NCBI RefSeq assembly: GCF_004010195.1
Contig: NC_057749.1
Location: forward strand, 25,703,044 to 25,767,043
Direction of reading: 5' to 3'
Source of the DNA: Chiloscyllium plagiosum
Taxonomy: Eukaryota
Length of the DNA: 64,000 bases
Part shown: positions 12,997 through 25,513 of the stretch, in pieces
Position numbering within the stretch: position 1 is the first letter of the stretch
Layout of the letters: the number at the start of each line of letters is the position of its first letter
Made by a program: the position numbers and the translations under genes
The notes under the pieces: generated by a model
The model's database searches: none
What the model saw: only the letters and a program-made list of their open reading frames with translations
What the model was told of the DNA's origin: nothing

Positions 12997-13110
12997 GGAG
13001 AAAGTGAGGTCTGCAGATGCTGGAGATCAAAGTTGAAACTTTATTGCTGGAACAGCACAGCAGGTCAGGCAGCATCCAGGGAACAGGAGATTCGACGTTT
13101 CGGGCACAGG
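12997..13110 (-). mobile_element. Family A short insertion with 15-bp TSD
   Basis: TSD cccttccagtagcat at 12982-12996 and 13111-13125. Confidence 0.9.
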
Positions 13111-13398
13111 CCCTTCCAGTAGCATCCATTGCAATGGCTGCAATGTAAAACTATTTGCTCTTCATAAACAATCGGCATTTGATTTTTTAAAAGTTGTTTT
13201 TGCACTTACACACAAAAGTAGAAATGAGATGTGTGTTGGCACAAGACTGTCTTTTTGCATTTAATATCAATTTTTGTTAATTCACAAAAGCCTGGTTAAA
13301 ATGTTTTTTGTTTGATAGGCTTTGTTTACCTATCCTTTCTCTTTCTCTCTCTCTCTCTCTCCCTGTCTGTCTCTCTCTGGGCTTCTCATCTCCACATA

Positions 13399-13592
13399 GG
13401 AGAAAGTGAGGACTGCAGATGCTGGAGATCAGAGTCGAGAGTGTGGTGCTGGAAAAGCACAGCAGGTCATGCAGCGTCCGAAGAGCAGGAGAATCGATGT
13501 TTCAGACATAAGCCCTTCATCAGGGTGAAGTCTCCTGCTTCTCGGTTGCTGCCTGACCTGCTGTGCTTTTCCAGCATCACACTCTTGACTTT
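13399..13592. mobile_element. Family A fold-back insertion
   Basis: Minus arm with degenerate hammerhead (13491-13525), then plus arm; imperfect TSD atctcca(c/t)ata. Confidence 0.75.
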
Positions 13593-13619
13593 ATCTCCAT
13601 ATACTCTATTGTCTCCTAA

Positions 13620-13825
13620 TCACCCCCTACCCACTCCCCAAACCCCACTCTGTCATCAGCATACATTCTACCTTTTTCCAGCTATCTCTAGTTCTGAAGA
13701 AGGGTCCCTGGACTCAATATTAGCTCTGCCTTCTCTTCACAGATGCTGCCCAGACCTGTTGTTTTTCTCCAGTGTTCTCTGTCCTAGTTTCAGATTTCCA
13801 GCGTCCACAATCCTTTGTGTTTACT
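13620..13825 (+). mobile_element. Penelope-derived family D 3' end with degenerate hammerhead
   Basis: agttCTGAAGAagggtccctggactc followed by cagatgctgc..agacctg tail. Confidence 0.6.
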
Positions 13826-14357
13826 CCAACAGTGGACAGCTTTTCTTCTGATTCCTTTCAATTTTGCACCCTTCCTCTGTAATTGGTCAAACACTATTCT
13901 CAGTGAAAAGAGCAGTCAATTTCTCCTTCCCTCTGGAGTTCAGCTCAATTGCCAAGCCTGTAAGGTGTTCAGGAACAGAGTGTCCCTGACGGAACCCAAA
14001 CTAAGCATCTGTAAGCAGGTTATTGCGCTGTTGATGACCTCTTGCATCACTTTACTAAAGATCAGGAGTAGACTGATAGAGTGGTAATGGGTTGAGTTGG
14101 AACTGTCCTGCTGTGGTCACTGAGCTCAGATCTTGCGTGTGTGTATGTGTGCTTCTATACACAACTTCCTTTTAATTTGGAAGTGATTCAATGTAAAGAT
14201 AAGCAGCAGCAGAGCATTGGCTTTAAACAAGATAAAGGTTAGTTTATTATTACAAAACACGGTTGTAATTTACTTAAGCTAAAGTAATAAACTTGCTAAT
14301 TAAATACATACAAGGATTAAAAGCAGATAAAGATAAAAGCTACTTATAAAAATGACA

Positions 14358-14627
14358 CCAGGTTATGGTCCAACAGGTTTAATTGGAAGCACACTAGCTT
14401 TCGGAGCGACGCTCCTTCATCAGGTGATTGTGGAGAGCTCGATCGTAATACAGAATTTAACACAGAATAATATATGGCTATAAATTCTGTGTTAGGATCG
14501 AGCCCTCCACAATCACCTGATGAAGGAGCGTCGCTCCGAAAGCTAGTGTGCTTCCAATTAAACCAGTTGGACTATAACCTGGTGTTGTGTGATTTTTAAC
14601 TTTGTCCAACACTGGCATCTCCGAATT
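14358..14627. mobile_element. Family C fold-back element with two divergent hammerhead motifs
   Basis: About 100-bp inverted arms; cacCTGATGAaggagcgtcgctccGAAAgctagtg on both strands (14392-14426 minus, 14514-14548 plus); aaatgaca on both flanks. Confidence 0.85.
14514..14548 (+). ncRNA. Minimal type I hammerhead ribozyme motif (family C)
   Basis: Stem I cac/gtg; core CUGAUGA; stem II GGAGC/GCUCC; GAAA; palindromic AGCU stem III; predicted cleavage after 14545. Confidence 0.75.
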
Positions 14628-14984
14628 AAAGAAATGACATTCAGTGCTTTAGAATGCTGCTGTGTGTCTGTAGTTTATTGTTGAAGTGTTGATCCTCTGG
14701 ACTAAAAGGTTACTGAACTTGATGACTTCAAGATTCATAGAAACATAGAGCTATAGAAACTGGGAGCAGGAGTAGGCCATTCAGCCCATCAAGCCTTTTC
14801 CACCATTCAATACCTGATCCTCAATCTCAATACCGTATTCCTGCTTTATCCCCGTACCATTTGATGCCCTTAAAATCACTAAATGTATTTATCTTCTTCT
14901 TGAATACTTTAAGTGAATTGTTTTCCAAGGCTTTTTTTTTGCAGAGAATTCCACAGGTTCACTACTTATTGAGTGAAGAAACTT

Positions 14985-15372
14985 GAGGATGAGGGGGTCA
15001 CTTTATTGAAGTGTATAAAATCATGAGGGGCATGGATAGGGTGAATATTCAAGGTCTTTTCTCGAGAGTAGGGGAGTCCAAGACTTGAAGGCATAGGTTT
15101 AGGGTGAGAGGGGAAAGATTTAAAAGGGAACTAAGGGGCAACTTTTTCATACAGAGGGTGGTGTGTGTATGGAATGGTCTGCTGGAGGAACTGTTGGAGG
15201 CTGGTACAATGACAACTTTTCAAAGGCACCTCAGTGGGTACATTAATACGAAGGGTTTAGAGGGATACGGGCCAAATATTGGCAAAAGGGACTGAATTAA
15301 CATAGAATATCTAGTTGGCATGGATGAGTTGGACCGAAGGGTCTGTTTCCATGCTATACATCTCTATAACTC
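14985..15372 (+). mobile_element. CR1/HER1 LINE 3' fragment inserted in an older minus-strand CR1 (about 14735-15565)
   Basis: RGERFKRELRGNFFIQRVVCVWNGL; flanks are CR1 3' end in the opposite orientation. Confidence 0.85.
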
Positions 15373-15607
15373 ATGCCACTATCTCAGTCCTAATGGGTTG
15401 CTCCCAAATACTGGGACTGTGTCCACAGGTTCTAGACTCCCAACCAGAGGAGCATCCTCCCTGCAACTAGTTTGTCCAGGTCTGTTACAATTCTATAGTT
15501 TTCAATCATGTCCCCTTTCATCCTTCTAACCTGTAATGAATACAGGACCAAGTTGAACCAATTTCACCTGCCCCCGCCATCCTACAGCTCTCCCTACACC
15601 CACCTCC

Positions 15608-15642
15608 AGTTCTGAAGAAGGGTTACACCCGAAACGTCGACT
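15608..15642 (+). ncRNA. Minimal hammerhead ribozyme motif (family B) in a short Penelope 3' fragment (about 15565-15700)
   Basis: agtt CTGAAGA a gggt-tac-accc GAAA cgtc gact; all core positions intact. Confidence 0.75.
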
Positions 15643-16694
15643 TCTCCACCTCCTAATGCTGCCTGGTTGTATTCTTCCAGCCTCCTGCCTGTCTACTTAC
15701 TGCAAACGGAGCAGGGGATTGACCTATGGTCAACACCAGATGTGGTCAGTATTTGGAACAAATATCCTGATACAAGTTCTTGTTTCAACAGGGGAATTTG
15801 TTCATGATTGAAGTGGAAATGATTGTTCAAACAATGAGCATTTTGTTGACTAAAGTCTCTGCTGAAATGTCAACAAAGTGCACAGCTGAATTTAGCAATA
15901 GAAGATGTATAATTAAAAGCAACAATGCTTGAAAGGACTTTCTGTCTTTGCTTATGTGTTCGCTACATCTCAGCTATGAGTGCTATCATATCACTGATGG
16001 CAGTTTTCATTCTTTATTGGTATATTCTAAGCATAATGTGAGTGAACATGACCTGTAAGCAAAGCTGAGATTGTTACCAGCATTTTTTTCACTCTGGCCC
16101 TTTGATCCTATTTGCAGTCAATGTGCACACAGCAAGAGCCAACAAATCCCATGTTCCAAGGAAACACAACAGCAACTCAGTACCAGGGAAATACTGCAGT
16201 AGTGGGCACTTAAAGGCCTTGTCTGCCTCATCTGGCGGATGTCAATAAACCTGTGGAATATGTTTGAAGTAAGGGGATGAAAATTCTGAAAGAAAGGAAA
16301 CGAAAACTTAAGCCCTGGATGTTCAGGTCAGTGGAGAGAAATAGAGGTGGCGTTTTAATTCAACAAGGAAGTATTCATTGGGTGCCCTCACACTATTTGA
16401 CTCAAAACCGAGCAGATCAACACAGCATGATTGTCTGTTGTGGTTTTTCTAGTGAACTCTTGACACTGAACTTTTGGTTTATTCATTCAGAATGATGTGG
16501 GCGTGACTGGTTAGAGCAGCATTTATTGCTCATCTCATCTTGAACTAAGGTCAGAGGGCAATTTAAAGCCAACCACATTACTCTGGTCCTGAAGTAACAC
16601 AGTCCACAGTGTCCCTTCCCTAATGGGCATTATAGAACCAGATGAGTTGTTCCATTACGAAGTCTCTTCAAAAGATGCCCAATTTGAAGAGGTT

Positions 16695-16890
16695 CTCTTC
16701 CTCCACCCTGCCCCCGCCACCTCCTTTATCTGCAGCTCCTCCTACATCCACCCTTCCCAGTCCTGAAGAAGGATTAACACCTGAAACGTCAACTTCTCCA
16801 CCTCCTGATTCTGCCTGCCTTGCTGTGTTCTTCCAGCATCCTGTCTGTCTACTTTGGTTTCCTGCTACTGCAGTTTTTTTTTGTCTCTAA
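16695..16890 (+). mobile_element. Penelope family B 3' fragment with degenerate hammerhead (16759-16795)
   Basis: Matches 590-779: agtcCTGAAGA...GAAAcgtcaact and tail ttttgtctctaa. Confidence 0.75.
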
Positions 16891-17384
16891 CCATTTGCAG
16901 TCAGAACAGCCAAAGTAAGTGGAGTGGGAGTTGGCTGCGTTTTAGAAGTCAGAGCCAGCACAGTGTCCAACAAGTCCCCTTCACATCTCGAAACAAAGCC
17001 CTTCTGTTTACAGGGCCAACCTCTCACAGGTGGGTCATGTCATTCAGCAGAGTTGGTACTGCTGGTGAAATGAGAGCTACAGATGCTGTGGGAGGTGGAA
17101 ATAATTCTGGGCCAGTAAAATCAAGCAAGAATTTTCCCTTCAACAACAAATACATTGTTTTGATTTCCATAGGGATGAATGATCAGATTTCACGTCAATC
17201 AGATTATTGATTGGCTTTGGCCATTTTGCACACCACTGCATTGGCTCAGGTCCCTCTGCACTGTTCGTGGTCCCATTGTAGACCAGCTTCTCCATTCTTA
17301 ATTTACTGAGTGGCATAAGGGATCTGTGTGTCCTTGTGAATGAATCAAAGAAAGCTAGAATGCAGGGATAAGAAATTTTGGAAT

Positions 17385-17672
17385 TTAGATTAGATTACTT
17401 AGTGTGGAAACAGGCCCTTCAGCCCAACAAGTCCACACCGACCCTCCAAAGAGCACTTCACTTAACACTACGGGTAATTTAGCATGGCCAATTCACCTAA
17501 CCTGCACTTTTTTTTTGGACTGTGGGAGGAAACTGGAGCACCCGGAGGAAATCCATGCAGACACGGGGAGAATGTGCAAACTCCACACAGACAGTTGCCT
17601 GAGGCGGAAATTGAACCCGGGTCTCTGGCGCAGTGAGGCAGCAGTGCTAACCACTGTGCGACCGTGCCACCC
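17385..17672 (-). mobile_element. HE1-like SINE
   Basis: Reverse complement of the HE1-like consensus with (TTAGA)n tail. Confidence 0.9.
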
Positions 17673-17868
17673 ATAAAAGGAATACAGTGTAAAAGTAGAG
17701 AGGTGTTTCTGCAAATGTAAAAGGCTCTGGTGATACTGCATATGGAGTACTGTGTCCAATTTTAGTCCCTTTACTTGAGGAGAGGTGTAATTGCATTGGT
17801 GGCAGTTCAGAGGTGATTCACTAGATTGATTCCATGGATGAGGGTTTGTCTTTAGAAGAAAGATTGAA

Positions 17869-18150
17869 TAGATTAGATTACTTACAGTGTGGAAACAGGC
17901 CCTTCGGCCCGACAAGTCCACACCGACCCTCCGAAGAGCAACCCACCCAGACCCATTCCCCTACGCCTAATACTACAGGCAATTTAGCATGGTCATTCAC
18001 CTAACCAGCACATCTTTGGACCGTGGGAGGAAACCGGAGCACCCAGAGAATACCCATGCAGACACGGGGAGAATGTGCAAACTCCATACAGACAGTTGCC
18101 CGAGGCTGGAACTGAACCTGGGTCTCTGGTGCAGTGTGGCAGCAGTGCTA
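17869..18150 (-). mobile_element. HE1-like SINE
   Basis: Reverse complement of the HE1-like consensus with (TTAGA)n tail. Confidence 0.9.
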
Positions 18151-18701
18151 GTAGTTTAGGCCCATATGCTCTAGAGTTTAGAAGGATGAGAGGAGATCTA
18201 ATTGAGTTGTACAAGATACTAAGGGATTGGCAAAGTAGATGTAGAGACATTGCTTCCTCATGTGGGGCAATCTAGAAGAGAGATCATAGTTTTAGGATAA
18301 AGGAGTGACAGATTTAAAACAGAGATGAGGAGGGATCATTTCTCTCAAAGGATCATGCATCTGTGGAATTCACTACCCCAGAGCATGGTAGATGCTGGAC
18401 ATTGAGTAAATATAAGGAGGAGATTTAATGAGTAATGTGTGATGGAGAACGGGCAGGAAAGTGGAGCCAAGATTGATATAAGATTAGCCATGATTGTATC
18501 AAATGGTGGAGCCAGATTGAGGGGCTGAATGGCCTACTCATGCTTCCAGTTGTTCTGTTTTAATGAGCTATCAGCCAGACCGGCCTTTTGCCCAGATCTG
18601 TTTTCACCTGGAATTCAATGCTAAGTACTTAAAAGTAACAAGGGAGACAGGTATTGTGAACAAATTAGTTAATTGTGTTAAGAATCATGATGAAAGCTAT
18701 T

Positions 18702-19055
18702 ATGGTGCAATGGTAGTGCCCTAAACTTTGACCTAGTAGGTCTGGGTTCAAATCCCACTTTGCAACAAGGTATAATAACATTAAATTGATTAGAAAAATA
18801 TCTATTAAAATATCTGTGGTGCTTGTGACACAGTGGTAGTTTCCCTACTTCTAGGCCATAAAGTCCGAAGATCAAGTCCCACCTGCACTGGAGCTCTGTC
18901 ATATCTGAACAGACTGGTTAAAATAACTATTAAAATGTATAATGGAGAAGCTTGTGGTCATATCTGTATTTCTGAGTGAGAAGGTCTGGGTTCAGATGTC
19001 GACTCAGGTTATGATGGCCACAATGGTGTATTGTAACATGTACAAACCAGGTTGG
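18702..19055 (+). repeat. Three tandem degenerate tRNA-like modules (multimeric SINE)
   Basis: Repeated A-box/B-box-like units such as tggtgcaatggtag...gggttcaaatccc, spaced about 120 bp. Confidence 0.55.
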
Positions 19056-19164
19056 TAATTTAAAGATTTGCAACAATATAAGAAAATGTATAACCCCTCT
19101 AGAGATGTTGTAACTTAATCATTTAGTTTTCTTCTTTAGTTCCAGTGCCATGATGGGCCATTTG

Positions 19165-19955
19165 AGCATCTCACAATTTACAGATGACACAAAGCTGGGT
19201 GGAAGAGTAAGCTGTAAGAAAGATACAGAGATGTTGCAGTGTGATTTTGACAGGCTGAATGAGTGAGCAAGAATGGTACAATCTGGATAAATGTGAAGTT
19301 ATCCACATTAGTAGCAAAAATAGGAAGGTATTATTTGAATTGCTATAAATTGAGAGAGGGGAATGTTCAATGTGACTTACATATTCTTGTGTGCCAGCCA
19401 CTTAAAGTAAGCCTGCTAGTGCAGCCTACGTTGGCCTGCATGGCAAGAGGATTCAAGTACAGGAACAAGGATGTCTTACTGTAATTATTCAGAGGAGAAA
19501 GTGAGGTCTGCAGATGCTGGAGATCAGAGATGGAAATGTGTTGCTGGAAAAGCGCAGCAGGTCAGGCAGCATCTAGGGAACAGGAGAATCGACGTTTCGG
19601 GCATTAGCCCTTCTTCAGGAATGTAATTATTCAGAGAATTGGTGAGGCCACAACTGGATATTTACGTACAGTTTTGGTCTCCTTACCTGGGAAAGATGTT
19701 CTTGCTATTGAGGGAGTGCAGTAAAGGTCTACCAAATTGAGTCCTGGGATGGCAGAACTGATGTCTGAAGAGCGATGGTGGAGTCGATTAGCATTGCATT
19801 CATTGGAGTTTAGAAGAATGGGGGCGGATCTCTTAGAAATCTATAAAACCCGAACAGGATTAGACAAGTTAGATGCAGGAAGGATGCTCCCAATGGTGGC
19901 GGAGTCCAGAATCAGGGGTCATTGTGTAAGAATAATGGGTGAACTCTTTAAGACT
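19165..19955 (+). mobile_element. CR1 ORF2 fragment
   Basis: ttacagatgacacaaagctgggtgga (FxDDTKLGG); LEFRRMGADLLEIYK. Confidence 0.85.
19495..19621 (-). mobile_element. Family A insertion with intact hammerhead (19587-19622) and 15-bp TSD
   Basis: TSD tgtaattattcagag at 19480-19494 and 19622-19636; minus strand attcCTGAAGAagggctaatgcccGAAAcgtcgatt. Confidence 0.9.
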
Positions 19956-20054
19956 ATCTTATCAAGGGACTTCAAGGATGGGCAATAATTGTTAGCATGG
20001 CCAATGGTGTCAAAAAGGTGACAGTGTCTCTATTAATGATTTGAAGACTATTTG

Positions 20055-20225
20055 ATAGTTAGCTCAGTGATGCTAAAATCATGAGTTCAATTTCTGCACC
20101 AGCTGTGGTTACCATGAAGAACTCTCCTTCTCCATATCTGAGGCATGGTAACCCTAAGGTTAAACCACTATCATTTGTCTCTTTCTAATGAGAGAGCAAG
20201 GAGGTGGTGACTTTATCTTTTTATT
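20055..20225 (+). mobile_element. tRNA-head SINE (family C); minus-strand copies at about 23455-23640 and 33445-33655
   Basis: tagctcag...gttcaatt head; shared ctgaggttacc / ccctcaggttaaaccac body in three copies. Confidence 0.65.
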
Positions 20226-20326
20226 ATTAGAATAGGTAATTAGTTATTATACTCAATTCAATAATTGTTATGTTTATGTATTAATAAAAATTAGGGAATA
20301 TTGCAGGAATCAGAATGCATTCCATT

Positions 20327-20640
20327 GGGGTGGCATGGTGGCTGAATGGTTAACACTGCCACCTCACAGCTCCAGGGACCCAGGTTTGATTCCGTCCTTG
20401 GGTGACTGTCAATGTGGAGTTTGCGCACTCTCCCTGTGTCGGCGTGGGTTTTTGTTGGTTGCTTCGGTTTCCTCCACCAGTCCAAAGATGTGCAGGTTAG
20501 GTAGATTGGCCATGGGAAATGCAGAGTTACAGGAAAAGGCTAGAGGGTGGGTATGGGTGGGCTGCTCGTGGGAGGATTGGTGTGGACTTGATGGGCTGAA
20601 TGGCCTGCTTCCACAATGTAGAGTTCTGTGATTCCATGAT
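20327..20640 (+). mobile_element. HE1-like SINE
   Basis: Head, central domain and tail recognisable. Confidence 0.85.
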
Positions 20641-20751
20641 CGATGATTTGAACCTCCAATGGGACCTATTATTCTATTTGAAACATTAAAGCTAACTATT
20701 TTATGTTGATAAATTTGCAAGTCTAAAACCGTAGACATTTCATCTGATGGA

Positions 20752-20908
20752 GGAGTAAATTACTGTAGATGCAGGAATCTGTACTGAAAACAACAAATGT
20801 TGGTGATCTCAACGGGTCAACAGCATCCATGGAGTGACAGCAAACTTGCTCTCTCTCTCCATGGATGCTGTCTGATCCACTGTGATCTCCAGCATTTGTT
20901 GTTTTTAC
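20752..20908. mobile_element. Penelope-derived fold-back fragment (family D-related)
   Basis: Inverted arms aaaacaacaaatgttgg..cagcatccatgga / tccatggatgctg..ccagcatttgttgtttt. Confidence 0.6.
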
Positions 20909-21360
20909 TTGATGGGATTAGATGCGTGGGAGTGTACCAGACAAGTCGAGACATGTCATAACATATAAGCCATGAGTGCCGTAGGTGAAGGCGTGTTGTG
21001 TGTTTCTATCATTGAGTGACTTGTTATGAAGCTATTGCTCTCCTTTACACATGGTATACGTCTAAAAATTTAAAAAGAAAAATTCTATGAGCTCCACTTT
21101 ATTACTTCAGCTTTCTGGATTACTCATTTAATAACATAATTAGTCTGCTCATTGAATCATTCATGGGTTCTGTGAGTCACTGGTAAGCACAGTGTTTACT
21201 GCCCATCCCTAAATTTGCATTAGCAAGGTGGTGGTGAGCTGCCTTCCTGAATGCAATAGATTTAAGAGGATAGTCAAGAGTCACCACATTGCTTTTGGTC
21301 CAATTGCATGTGAGGCTGCATGTTAGCCAGACCTGGTAAAACTGGCAGACTTCATTTATA

Positions 21361-21590
21361 GAGTCACAGAGTTAAACAGCATGGAATTAGACCCTTCGGT
21401 CCAACCAGTCCATGCCGAACATAATCCCAAACTAAACTAGTCCCACCTGCCTGCGCTTGGCCCATATCCTTCCAAATCTTTCCCTATTCATGTATTTATC
21501 TTAATATCTCTTAAATGTTGTAACTGTACCTGCATCCACCATTTCATCTGAGAAGTTCTTTCCACAAATGAATGACTCTCTGGGTAAAAA
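21361..21590 (-). mobile_element. CR1/HER1 3' end inside a minus-strand SINE remnant
   Basis: Reverse complement of the LINE tail (gagtcacagag..ccttcggtccaaccagtccatgccg). Confidence 0.85.
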
Positions 21591-22767
21591 AATTCCTAAA
21601 GGATATTAGAGAACGAGGTAGGTTTTTATGACAGTGAATAGTTAAATATTCATCACGTTTATAAACCCACTTTTATAGAATAAACAAGTTTACAAACCGC
21701 CAAGGGACAATATAAATGCCAATTTATTACTTCAGCTTTCTGGATTACTTATTTCATAACATAATCAATCTGCTCATTATAATTTATACTCTCACTTTCA
21801 TGGCCGAAGGACATCATAAATCCTGTCAAATACTTTTCCATCTGCTCAGATGTGGGCCTAAGCCACACTTGGTTTGGCAACATCCAAAATTCAATTAAGG
21901 ACATTTCTCTCCTTGGAACTGATGGTTGGGATTGCGCTCAGATATCAGGGCACAAAGATTGGCAAGTTGCCATTGATCCAATGGGAGCAAAGGGGGGTTG
22001 AAGATTCAGTCAGTAGAGATGCACAAGGTTGTGACAGATTTAAACAAGGAAGACAAAGAGAAACTGTTCCTAATAGCTGATTGATCCATCTGGTCTCCAG
22101 AAGTGGATACTGTTGCAAACATTTATTCACACAAGATTGGGCTTCAGAATCATAGAACTATTACCATGCATCAGGAGGCCATCTAGCTCATGGGTAGAGC
22201 TGAATGGAGAAAAAAAACACTCGATGCCCTATCATTTGCAGGTTATTTAATATGCACAACTCATAGATCTTGATATTTACTTACATCATGAATATTCTTG
22301 ATCATAGCTTTACGACATGAGACCAAAGTTGCTATGTGGCCTGACTTTTGTTGAGTGAGTTGAATGTTTGTACTTTGACTAGCTCCCAACTCTCAGTTCT
22401 GGCAATGATTTAGCATCAATACCAAAATGGAATTTGGAGGTTTTTTTCACATCTCACTTGGATTTTGTCATTCATTCCTGCCATTAGGTTTTGACTTTAC
22501 TAATTCTTTAGTGTTGTTGGAAGAATAGTCTGGGTGCATTAGTTACTACAGTGAACAACGTTCCTTGCCTTCATTAGGCGTGTTTCTGCAATCTAAGACT
22601 GTCTCGGTGGGATCTAGTTGACTTTTTTTTAATGATCCTTTTGGCACATTTCAGCGCTGACTCAGCCTTTCCCATTGACTGGGGATGGTGTGGAGGTGTA
22701 ATGTGGAGCTGCATTTTCCAATCATTCAAGAAACATCTGAGTTCTTTGCTTGTGATTTTAGGACCAT

Positions 22768-23206
22768 TCATAGAATAAAAACCCTTCAGTGAGGAACGAA
22801 GCCTTTTGGCTCATTGAGCCCACACCGATCCTCTGAAAAGCATCACACCCAGACCCACACTCCTACTGCACCCTTGTAACCTTGCATTTCCCTGACCAGT
22901 CCACCCAACTGGCACATCTTTGGAGGAAACTGGAGCACTCAGAGGAAACCCATGCAGATATAGGAAGGATGTGCAAACGCCGCACTCAGACAGTCAGCCA
23001 AGGCTGGAACCTTACCTGGGTCCCTGGCACTGTGAGTCAGCAGTGCCAGCCTGTAGTGTTAGGTGCATTAGTCAGGGGTAAATGTAGAGGAATGGGTCTG
23101 GGTGGGTTGCTCTTCAGAGGGTCAGTGTGGACTAAGGGCCTGTTTCTACACAGTAGGGAAATCTAATCTAAAATCTAATCTAACCACTGAACGAGATGGC
23201 CACCCC
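22768..23206 (-). mobile_element. HE1-like SINE containing an opposite-strand SINE 3' fragment (about 23051-23181)
   Basis: Minus-strand head split at cagtgc|aaccactg by a plus-strand tail ending (TCTAA)n. Confidence 0.75.
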
Positions 23207-23689
23207 ATGCCATCAAGTCAGCAATATTATGACAATTGAACAGTGATTTCAGGAGCAGTACAATATCACTAGTTGTCATTGACATAAATGAGTCTAACTC
23301 CCAGTCATCTGAATACTGACTGACAGTGACAAGATAATCAGCTTCAGTCGGAATTTAGATGTCAACTCTGAACTTAATCTATGGTCTGTAGTGAGTCATG
23401 TGCATCTTTTCAGTTTGTTTAGCTTGAAACAAGATAAAATCATTGTAGAACTGCCCTCTCATTAGACAGAAAGTTGACTGCTGGTTGTTTAACCTGGCTG
23501 TCACCATGCCCAAGCGAGGGAAGAAGTTGAGAAGGAAAGTTCTTTACGGTAACCTCAGCTGACATGGACATTGAACCCACACTGTTAGCATCACTCTACA
23601 TCACAAACCAATTGTCCAGCCAACTGAGCTAACCAATCCCACCCCCCACCTCCATAGCTTGGGAGTGTTGCATTGGCTGATTCAGTTGT

Positions 23690-24262
23690 AGAGTCATACA
23701 TCTTGGAAACATACCCTTCGGTCCAACCAGTCCATGCCAACCACAATGCCAAACTAAACTGTGCTTGGTACTTGCCTTCCAAACATTTTATGTTCCATGT
23801 CCTTATCCAAATATCAAAGAGTCATAGATTTGTACAGCATGGAAACAGATCCTTTGGTCCAACTCGTCCGTGCCAACCAGACATCTTAAATTAATCTTGT
23901 CCAATTTGTCAGCATTAAATGTTGTAACTGTTATGCAAATAGTGTAACATTGTTAACTGTACCCACATCCACCACTTCCTCTCATTCCACACACGAAACA
24001 CTCTCTGTGTAAAAACATTACCTCTCATCTCTTTCTGAAGTCTTTCTCCTCTCACCTTAGAAATATGCCCCTTGGCCTTGAAATCTCCAACTCTAGGGAA
24101 AGTCCACTTGCCATCCACCCCTCACAATTTTATAAACCTCTTTAAGTTGATCCCTCAACTTCCTATGCTCCAGTGAAAAAGGTCCCAGCCTATCCAGCAT
24201 CTCCTTATAACTCATACCCTCCATACCCGGCAAAATCCTGGTAAATCTTTTTCAAACCCTCC
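23690..24262 (-). mobile_element. CR1/HER1 3' fragments (two nested tails)
   Basis: FPRVGDFKAKGHISKVRGERL..FTQRVFRVWNE. Confidence 0.85.
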
Positions 24263-25167
24263 TTACCCTAATTATTCATATTTGATTGGTAAGGCACTCA
24301 TTTTTCTTTTCTAAGGCTGGATTCATTTTTGGTTTGCTTAGATGCACTTCAGCAACTCTTTTCTCCCCTCTTTAGGGCTAACAACTCAAGTTCCTTTGGA
24401 TAAAACACCCTTCTGAGCAAACCCGTCATCTCTGTATGACCAATAGTTTCTTATAGCAACAAGTGTCTCCTTATTGGTTTCAAATGATGCTTCATCACCA
24501 TGTTCTGTAGCATTTGTAGAGATGTACCTTGTTTGCTTAATCTGTGCAAGACACTTGTCTGTCAGGTTTAATGTGTGTTAGGTTCTTGGCTTCCGGAACA
24601 TGTTGTACAATTGCTTCTCGTTGATTGTCAAAACTTTCATACTCTGGACAGGCATCAGAAACTTCCTTCAAAAGGAGCGCAGCGTGTTAGTCATGTATAT
24701 CTGCTCCCCTTCCTTGCACTTCACTTCCAAATGATATCTCCACAAAACGAAGTAACAACCTTTGCAAACGTTTTGTAGCAGATAGAAGCGGTTTGAGAAA
24801 GGAGTTTTGAAGTGGCTTGTGGTCAGACTCTGCCGTCACTTTCTCTCTCCCAAACAGGTACTGCTTTAAATGATCATAAGCAAACACAACAGGCAGATGC
24901 CCTTTCATGATCTGTATCTGACATAGTTCATATAGAACATAGAGCATAGAACATTACAGCACAGTATGGGCCTTTCGGCCCTCGATGTTGTGCCGATCTG
25001 TGAAAGTAATCTGAAGCCCATCGAGCCGACATTATTCCATTATCATCCATGTTTTTCAATGGCCATTTAAATGCCTTTAAAGTTGGGCGAGTCCACTACT
25101 GTTGTAGGCAGGGCATTCCACGCTCTCATTACTCTCTGAGTAAAGAACCTACCTCTGACATCTGACA

Positions 25168-25420
25168 GCTTTGGGCAACTGACTGTGTGGAGTTTGCACA
25201 TTCTCCCTGTATCTGCATGGGTTTCCTCCGGGTGCTCTGGTTTCCTCCCACATTTCAAAAGATGTGCAGGACAGGTGAATTAGCCATGCTCAATTGTCCA
25301 TAGTTGTTAGGTGCATTCGTCAGAGTGGGGTGAGTTACTCTTCAGAGGGTTGGTGTGGACTTGTGGGGCCCAAGGGCCTGTTTCCACACTGTAGGGAATC
25401 TAATCATCTAATCTAATCTA
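25168..25420 (+). mobile_element. 5'-truncated HE1-like SINE
   Basis: Central domain and (TCTAA)n tail. Confidence 0.85.
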
Positions 25421-25513
25421 TATCTATCACCCCTCAACTTAAAACTATGTCCACTCCTAGCCATCGCAATCTGAGGAAAAAGGCTCTTACTGTCCACGCT
25501 GTGTAATCCTCTG

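Larger units (their letters stand above)
17315..18560 (+). mobile_element. Older CR1 3' fragment interrupted by two minus-strand HE1-like SINEs
   Basis: LEFRRMRGDLIELYKIL motif; the LINE sequence resumes across both SINEs. Confidence 0.8.

Noticed and set aside
14358..14627. MITE or pre-miRNA interpretation of the long hairpins
   Set aside because: Arms are unequal, carry hammerhead motifs, also occur as single arms (for example about 44610-44695), and related families have long variable TSDs; this fits Penelope-type inversion better
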